64,000 nt of DNA from Phreatobacter sp. (lineage in GTDB: Bacteria; Pseudomonadota; Alphaproteobacteria; Rhizobiales; Phreatobacteraceae). The stretch is from contig JAIEPJ010000073.1 of the NCBI GenBank assembly GCA_019749835.1, positions 23,660-87,659 of the forward strand, in the 5' to 3' direction. The first letter of the stretch is position 1, and every line of letters begins with the position of its first letter. The position numbers and the translations under genes were made by a program. Under the pieces are notes generated by a model that searched no databases, had not been told where the DNA came from, and saw only the letters and a list, made by a program, of their open reading frames with translations. Below, in pieces: positions 58,231 to 64,000 of the stretch.

Positions 58231-59871
58231 TCAGCCGCCATAGGCCTTGGCGCCCTTCTGACTGACAAGACCCTCACTGACATCCTTCGCCAGAGCCGCT
58301 CGATCGCGCTTGGCCGGATCGCCGATGCCGCCGCCACCCGGCGTCATCACGACCAGACGGTCGTCCGGCGGGATGAGCTGGAAGCCCTTGCCCTTCAGCA
58401 CCTTGCCCGACTTGAGCGACACCGCCCCGGCCGCGCCGTCCTTGCCGCCGTCACGTCCGCGTGGGGGGTGATCGATCCGGTCGTAGGCGGCCAGCAGGTC
58501 GAACGGCTTACCGATGCGGCTGCCGACCTCGATGACCTGGCCGAGGCCGCCTCGCCGGGTCCCCGCTCCACCGGAATCCTCACGGAACTCCTTGCGCCAG
58601 AAGATGAGCGGCGTGATGGATTCGGCGATCTCCACCGGCGTCCCCTTGACACCGGAGGGATAGGCCGTTGCCGACAGACCGTCCTTCATCGGCCGCGCGC
58701 CGGTGCCGCCATTCGACGTCACCGCCATCATGAACCCGTAATTGCCGAGCCCCGCCTCGTCGGTCTGGCCGCGCACATTGAGGTTCCACAGGCAGGACGT
58801 GCCCTCGGCAGGCACCCGGTCGGGCACCGCCTGGCGCAAGGCTCCGAAGACCACGTCCGGCAGCATCTGGCCGATGATGTGGCGCGAGGCCACCGGCTTC
58901 GGCTTCAGGGCGTTGACGATGCAGTTCTCCGGCGCCGACACGGTGAGCGGCGCCAGCGATCCCGCATTGTTGGGAATGTCCTTGCCGACGATGCAGGCGA
59001 GCCCGAAGACCGTATAGGCCGTGGTATAGGCGAGCGGGACGTTGATGCCACGCTTCGAGGCCTCCCCGGTGCCGGCGTAGTCGACGTGGATGCCCGTCTT
59101 CGTCACCGCAACGGTGCAGGCCAGCGTCACCGGCTCGTCATAGCCATCCACCGTCATGGTATTGCACCACTTGCCTTGCGGCAGCGCCGCGATGGCCTCC
59201 AGAACCGCAGCCTTGGAGCGGCTCAGGATGTGCTGTGACAGGACGTCGAGGTCCTTCAGGCCGAACTCCTCCATCATCTCGGAGAGACGCTCGCAACCGA
59301 CGTCGTTGCAGGCGGCGAGTGAATAGACGTCGCCCTCGGTGTCGATCGGGAGGCGCGTGTTGGCGCGGATCATCGCCATCAGCGTCTCATTGAGTTGGCC
59401 CTGGTCGGCGAGCTTCAGGAGAGGGATGTAGAGCCCCTCCATGAACACGTCGGTTCCGTCGGGCCCGAATCCGATGCCGCCGATATCCATCAGATGGCTG
59501 GTGCAGGAGAACAGCCCGACAAGCTTGCCGCGATGGAAGGCGGGTGTCGTCAGCACGAAATCGTTGAGATGGCCGGTGCCCATCCACGGATCGTTGGTGA
59601 TGTAGATGTCGCCCGGCTTCATCGTCTCGACCGGAAAGACCCGGATGAAGTGCTTGACGCTCTCGGCCATGGAATTGACGTGGCCGGGGGTGCCGGTCAC
59701 CGCCTGGGCCAGCATGTTGCCCTCGCGATCGAAGACGCCGGCTGAGAGATCGCCCGCCTCGCGCACGATGGGGGAAAAGGCGGTGCGCAGCAGCACCTGC
59801 GCCTGCTCCTCGACCACCGCGATGAGGCGGTTCCACATGACCTGCAGTTCGATGTCGGAAAGCTTGCTCAT
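58231..59871 (-). CDS. Hydantoinase B/oxoprolinase family subunit
   Basis: RTAFSPIVREAGD, TNDPWMGTGHLND, HLMDIGG, DSGGAG..RGG.G, TPGGGGIGDP. Confidence 0.93.
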   Translation of the reverse strand: MSKLSDIELQVMWNRLIAVVEEQAQVLLRTAFSPIVREAGDLSAGVFDREGNMLAQAVTGTPGHVNSMAESVKHFIRVFPVETMKPGDIYITNDPWMGTGHLNDFVLTTPAFHRGKLVGLFSCTSHLMDIGGIGFGPDGTDVFMEGLYIPLLKLADQGQLNETLMAMIRANTRLPIDTEGDVYSLAACNDVGCERLSEMMEEFGLKDLDVLSQHILSRSKAAVLEAIAALPQGKWCNTMTVDGYDEPVTLACTVAVTKTGIHVDYAGTGEASKRGINVPLAYTTAYTVFGLACIVGKDIPNNAGSLAPLTVSAPENCIVNALKPKPVASRHIIGQMLPDVVFGALRQAVPDRVPAEGTSCLWNLNVRGQTDEAGLGNYGFMMAVTSNGGTGARPMKDGLSATAYPSGVKGTPVEIAESITPLIFWRKEFREDSGGAGTRRGGLGQVIEVGSRIGKPFDLLAAYDRIDHPPRGRDGGKDGAAGAVSLKSGKVLKGKGFQLIPPDDRLVVMTPGGGGIGDPAKRDRAALAKDVSEGLVSQKGAKAYGG

Positions 59872-59876
59872 GACCG

Positions 59877-62012
59877 TTACTTTCCCTTCTTCGCGGCAGG
59901 TTTCGCAGCCGGCTTGGCGGCCGACTTGGTCGCCTTGCGGGCGGTGAGGACAAGGCCGAGACCGCCATCGATCTCAGCGTCGAAGGCCGTCGTCACATAG
60001 GTCGAGGTACCGGCTTCGACGACGATGGCGGGCCCCGTAATCCGGGCGCCCGGCGCCATGGCAGTTCGATCATACATCGGCACTTTCACCGTCTTGCCTG
60101 CCTTGGCGTCGAAGACCGGTCTTGAGCCAATGGGTTTGGGGCCTCCCGTCGCCTTCGGCGTCCCGAGCAGCGCCGGGCGGGCCGTGTCCGTGGTGACCAG
60201 CAGCGACCAGGACAGGATCTCGATCGCTGCGCCGGGAATGTGGCGGGCGAAAAGCTGGCGATAGCCCGTCTCGAACAGGTCACGCATCTTGGCCATGTCC
60301 TTCTCGGCCAGGGCGCGGTTGGGAAGAGCGACGGCAATCTCATGCCCCTGCCCTGCATAGCGCATGAAGGCGGTGCGGGTTTCGGTCAGCTTGCGCTTGC
60401 CGGCGGCGGCACGGGCCAGGGTCGTCGCCTCCCCGCTCATTGCCGCGAGCAGTCGGTTGGCTTCCGCGAGATCGAACTTGTCGAGCCGCATGAACTTCGA
60501 ATGGACGAGTTCATAGGCCGCAGGTGCGCGCAGGAACCCGACCGCCGAACCGACACCGGCATCGGCCGGCACCACGACGCGCGCGATGCCGAGCTTCTCG
60601 GCGAGCCGGGCTGCATGCAGCGGCGCGGCGCCGCCGAAGGCAACCATGGTGTGGTCCGAGACCACGACGCCGCGTTCCACCGCATGGACCCGCGCGGCAT
60701 TGGCCATGTTCTCATCGACGATCTCGGCGACGCCGTGGGCGGCCATGGCGGTCGACAACGACAGGGGCTTGCCGACACGGGTATCAAGCGCCGCGTCAGC
60801 CTTGTCCGGATAGAGCGCAATGGCGCCGCCGGCGAAACGGGCCGGCTCGATCTTGCCGAGCGCGACGTCGGCATCGGTGACGGTCGGCAGGTCGCCGCCG
60901 CGGCCATAGCAGGCGGGTCCCGGCACGGAAGCGGCCGAATCCGGTCCGACGGTGATGCGCTTCAGCGTATCGACACGGGCGATGGAGCCGCCGCCTGCCC
61001 CGATCTCGACCATCTCGATCACCGGGATGCGGACGGGCAGCCCCGAGCCCTTCATGAACCGCGACTGACGATCGACCTCGAAGGTCCGCGCCTTGTAGGG
61101 CGTTGCGTCGTGGATGAGGCAGATCTTGGCAGTGGTCCCGCCCATATCGAAGGACAGGACCTTGTCCTCGCCGCGCTCGGCCGCGATGTAGGCGGCGAGG
61201 ATGGCGCCGCCCGCCGGGCCGGACTCGACGAGCCGGATGGGAAAGCGCGCCGCGGTCTCCAGTGTCGCCAGCGAACCGCCCGACGTCATCAGGTGGATCG
61301 GCTTGCCATAGCCCTCGTCGGCGAAACGCGCCTTCAGCCGGCCGAGATAGCCGGCCATGAGTGGCTGCACATAGGCATTGGCGACGGCGGTCGAACTGCG
61401 CTCGTATTCGCGCATCTCCGGGCAGACTTCCGAGGACAGCGTCACCGCGATGTCCGGCACTTCGCGCGAGAGAATCTCGCGCACCCGCTCTTCATGGACG
61501 GCATTGGCGTAGGAATGGATGAAGGCCACGGCGACGGCCTCGACCTTGGCGGCCCTGAGGGCCTTGGCGACCTTCTTCACGGCCGCCTCATCGAGGTCGA
61601 TCCAGACCTTGCCGGTCACGTCGATGCGCTCGGGGACGGTGAAGCGCAGTTCACGCGGCACCAGCTGGCGCGGCTTGTCGATGAAGATGTCGTACTGGTC
61701 GTAGCGGCCCTCGTCGGCGATCTCGATCACATCGCGAAAACCGTCCGTGGCGATCAGCGCGGTCTTGGCACCCTTGCGCTCGATGACGGCATTGGTCGCC
61801 AGCGTCGTGCCGTGCACGAAGACGTCGAGATCGGCAAAGCCAATACCGGCCTGGTCCAGCACCAGCCGCGTGCCTTCCACCACCGCCTCTTCGGGCGCAT
61901 GGGGCGTGGTCAGCACCTTGGTCGTGAGGCGGCGTTCGCCATGTTCCAGCACGATGTCGGTGAAGGTGCCGCCGATGTCGGTGGCGAGGCGAATCGTTTC
62001 GGACGTCTTCAT
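59877..62012 (-). CDS. Hydantoinase A/oxoprolinase family subunit (ATP-binding)
   Basis: DIGGTFTD, HGTTLATN, ESGPAGG, DMGGTT, IGAGGGSIA, AFGGAAPLHA; start 62012 (alternative 62054). Confidence 0.93.
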   Translation of the reverse strand: MKTSETIRLATDIGGTFTDIVLEHGERRLTTKVLTTPHAPEEAVVEGTRLVLDQAGIGFADLDVFVHGTTLATNAVIERKGAKTALIATDGFRDVIEIADEGRYDQYDIFIDKPRQLVPRELRFTVPERIDVTGKVWIDLDEAAVKKVAKALRAAKVEAVAVAFIHSYANAVHEERVREILSREVPDIAVTLSSEVCPEMREYERSSTAVANAYVQPLMAGYLGRLKARFADEGYGKPIHLMTSGGSLATLETAARFPIRLVESGPAGGAILAAYIAAERGEDKVLSFDMGGTTAKICLIHDATPYKARTFEVDRQSRFMKGSGLPVRIPVIEMVEIGAGGGSIARVDTLKRITVGPDSAASVPGPACYGRGGDLPTVTDADVALGKIEPARFAGGAIALYPDKADAALDTRVGKPLSLSTAMAAHGVAEIVDENMANAARVHAVERGVVVSDHTMVAFGGAAPLHAARLAEKLGIARVVVPADAGVGSAVGFLRAPAAYELVHSKFMRLDKFDLAEANRLLAAMSGEATTLARAAAGKRKLTETRTAFMRYAGQGHEIAVALPNRALAEKDMAKMRDLFETGYRQLFARHIPGAAIEILSWSLLVTTDTARPALLGTPKATGGPKPIGSRPVFDAKAGKTVKVPMYDRTAMAPGARITGPAIVVEAGTSTYVTTAFDAEIDGGLGLVLTARKATKSAAKPAAKPAAKKGK

Positions 62013-62158
62013 GCGCGACACTCGTTCGGACCGGGGCTTAGGGGACTGTGTCATGCGCTTCGCCACCAGGCCACAACGCACAAGGGCAATCGCACAAAAC
62101 TCCCGCGAAATGGCTGAAATCGGCTTGGGTGACGACCATCGCGTGGCCCGGAAATCAT

Positions 62159-62190
62159 GTCAACAATTCATCGACGATTTGTCACTGTTT
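62159..62190. promoter_or_regulatory. Second, imperfect copy of the 57589 operator, upstream of hydantoinase A
   Basis: GTCAACAATTCATCGACGATTTGTCACTGTTT aligns with GTCAACATCATGTTGACGTTTTGTCGTCGTTT at 57589-57620. Confidence 0.6.
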
Positions 62191-62353
62191 CGTGACCTTG
62201 GCATCCTAGGACGGCCTCCCTTGTATCGGTTGGTCGCGCCGCATGGCGGCACGTCGGACTGTCCACAGATTTCCCAGCACTGTCGCGTTGTGATGCCGGA
62301 CAGCCTGTGAAATGAACCCGACTTTGGCGATGAATGTGGCAAGGACCACGAGC

Positions 62354-64000
62354 ATGACATTGACTTTACGTAAGAAATTGAATTCGCAGACCGGCGCATT
62401 GTCGCTGGCGACCTTGGCCACAGGCCTCGCGCTCGCCCTGCCCGCAGCAGCACAACAAGCCAACCGGGAGTGGCGCGGTGCGGTCGACGGACTGACCGTC
62501 AATCTCTCCACTGGCCTGCTCAACGGCCATGGCCGCGAATATGTGCTGAACCCGGACGGTTCGTCCGTCAGCATGCTGCGCTGGAACATGCGCAACGTCA
62601 TGATGTTCAACGCGGCCGTTGCCTATCGCCCGGCAGACTGGCTGAAGCTCGAAATGCGCGGCTCGACCAATTTCACGGGCATGTCGCACATGGACGATTA
62701 CGACTGGAACATTCCGAGCTGCCCGCCCTCGCCCACGGGCACCTATTGCGAGTCGAACCATCCCGACACGGTCCTGCGCAATGCGCTGCAGTTCGACAGC
62801 TTCGCCGCTGCCCGCTTCCTAACGCTCGGCCCTGTCCAGCTCAGCGCAGTCGCAGGCTACAAGTTCGACTTCTACCGCTGGCAGGGCTCGGGCGGCACAT
62901 CCAACTACGCCCCCTTCCCGCCAGGCAGCGGCATTTCCTACGATCAGACCTGGCGCGCACCCTATCTGGGCATTGCCATGGAGGCCGAGCACGGCCGCTG
63001 GTCGCTGCGCGGCCGCCTGATTGGCTCGGTCTGGGCGCTCGGCACCGGCCGCGATCTTCATCACCTGCGCTCGATTCTGTTCACCGACCGCCTCGGTCCC
63101 AGCCAGATGATGGCGGCCGAGATCGGGCTCGGCTACCAGATCCGCCCCGGCATGACGCTCACCGCCGACTATCGCTACCAGGCCTGGCGGATCGCCCAAG
63201 GGCCGTCCGATGCGCAGACCCTCGGCGGCACGCTGAGGACCTTCCCGGGCAAGAGCGCTGGCGGCAGCAACACCTCGCACATGGTCTCGCTTGGCCTGCG
63301 CATCCGTCCGGGCGAAGCCGTCCGAATGGCCGACGGTGCGCCGGTCGCGGCGTCGGGGTCCCTGGCTGGCTTCCATGCCGGTGTCGACATAGGAGCGACG
63401 TGGCAGAATGCCGGCTGGACGACCAATTCCATCGGCGGAACGCCGGGACGGCTTTTTCCCGAAACGGCTGGAGCCCGCCTTGGCTCGGGCGCCCCGCGCG
63501 TCGGCTTCTTCGCGGGCTACGGCCGCCAGTTCGGCGCCTGGATCCTTGGCGCGGAAGCCGATCTCGGGCTGGCCAATGCCAACCGGTTCCGCGTCGGCGT
63601 ACCCGGTGCACTCGACCAGACCGCCATTGTCTCGGCAACCGACGGCGTGCGCATGACCAGGCTCTGGGACGCCAGCCTGCGCGCCCGCTTCGGCTATGAG
63701 GTGCAGCCTGGTCTTGCGCTCTACGCCACGGGCGGCCTCGCCATGGCGGCAAGCCAGGTGCGCGTCGGCTGCAACAATGGCGCAAGCTGTGTCGGTGGCG
63801 TCAGCCTCGACCAAAGTGCGACGTCGACGCGCCTCGGCTGGACACTCGGCGCAGGTGCCGAAGCGGCCCTCGCCGGTCCCTGGTTCGCGCGGGCGGAATA
63901 TCGCTATTCCGCCTATGGTGCGGTGAACGCGACGTTCTTCGCCAGCGTCCCGGCGGACGCGATCAGGTCGAACGTGACATTGAACGACCATCGCGCAAGC
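62354..64000 (+). CDS. Omptin-family outer membrane protease fused to an Omp25/RopB-type 8-stranded beta-barrel; 3' end beyond the window
   Basis: Not in the ORF track. Manual translation from ATG 62354 (AAGGA RBS) stays open to 64000: signal peptide, GREYV, SMLRW, MDDYDW, SNHPDT, ISYDQ..APYLG, RDLHHLR (omptin); then GFHAG, GY..QFGAWILGAEAD, SLRARFGY, LYATGGLA, GWTLGAGAE, ARAEYRY (Omp25-like). Confidence 0.85.
   Translation, partial: MTLTLRKKLNSQTGALSLATLATGLALALPAAAQQANREWRGAVDGLTVNLSTGLLNGHGREYVLNPDGSSVSMLRWNMRNVMMFNAAVAYRPADWLKLEMRGSTNFTGMSHMDDYDWNIPSCPPSPTGTYCESNHPDTVLRNALQFDSFAAARFLTLGPVQLSAVAGYKFDFYRWQGSGGTSNYAPFPPGSGISYDQTWRAPYLGIAMEAEHGRWSLRGRLIGSVWALGTGRDLHHLRSILFTDRLGPSQMMAAEIGLGYQIRPGMTLTADYRYQAWRIAQGPSDAQTLGGTLRTFPGKSAGGSNTSHMVSLGLRIRPGEAVRMADGAPVAASGSLAGFHAGVDIGATWQNAGWTTNSIGGTPGRLFPETAGARLGSGAPRVGFFAGYGRQFGAWILGAEADLGLANANRFRVGVPGALDQTAIVSATDGVRMTRLWDASLRARFGYEVQPGLALYATGGLAMAASQVRVGCNNGASCVGGVSLDQSATSTRLGWTLGAGAEAALAGPWFARAEYRYSAYGAVNATFFASVPADAIRSNVTLNDHRAS

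Noticed and set aside
62470-63699. 409-aa + strand ORF in the track, and the 62819-63991 - strand ORF
   Set aside because: Arg-rich out-of-frame or antisense artefacts; the real gene is in the frame starting at 62354
1-64000. CRISPR arrays, tRNA/rRNA genes, IS elements, integrases, prophage or defence genes
   Set aside because: No repeat-spacer pattern, RNA gene signature, transposase or integrase motif, or extended low-GC island seen; intergenic gaps are all short (at most about 350 bp)

Overview
GC-rich alphaproteobacterial chromosome segment (Hyphomicrobiales/Rhizobiales-like, judged from gene order, alpha-type LexA boxes, lpxI and pcs). It is almost entirely coding, and I saw no rRNA, tRNA, CRISPR array, prophage or IS element. 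In order it contains: a purine catabolism operon (uraH-xdhABC-puuD); sulP, pcs, a ubiH-family gene, an AEC transporter, hspQ, a Chloroflexus-type malyl-CoA lyase and ialB; an orphan YejA-like binding protein, a degenerate adenylate-forming protein and a DsbA/FrnE protein; moaC-moeA-lexA, comEC, gltX and gltA; the core cluster rpsB-tsf-[GST-kappa insert]-pyrH-frr-uppS-cdsA-dxr-rseP-bamA-lpxD-fabZ-lpxA-lpxI-lpxB; HAD, MOSC, SDR, Rsm22, Cys-rich and DMT genes; purEK, a divergent DUF465 pair, cytochrome b561, ribA and a YfhO-like membrane protein; a lactam/5-oxoproline locus (TRAP + pxpBCA, MarR-like regulator, hydantoinase/oxoprolinase A/B); and, running off the right edge and absent from the ORF track, an omptin fused in frame to an Omp25/RopB-type beta-barrel. 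Best leads: the double-barrel omptin fusion, two unrelated ATP-dependent lactamases that appear to share one operator, a PyrH with an altered uracil-binding loop, and an adenylation pseudoenzyme coupled to an orphan binding protein. All family calls come from motif recognition by eye, not from database searches.
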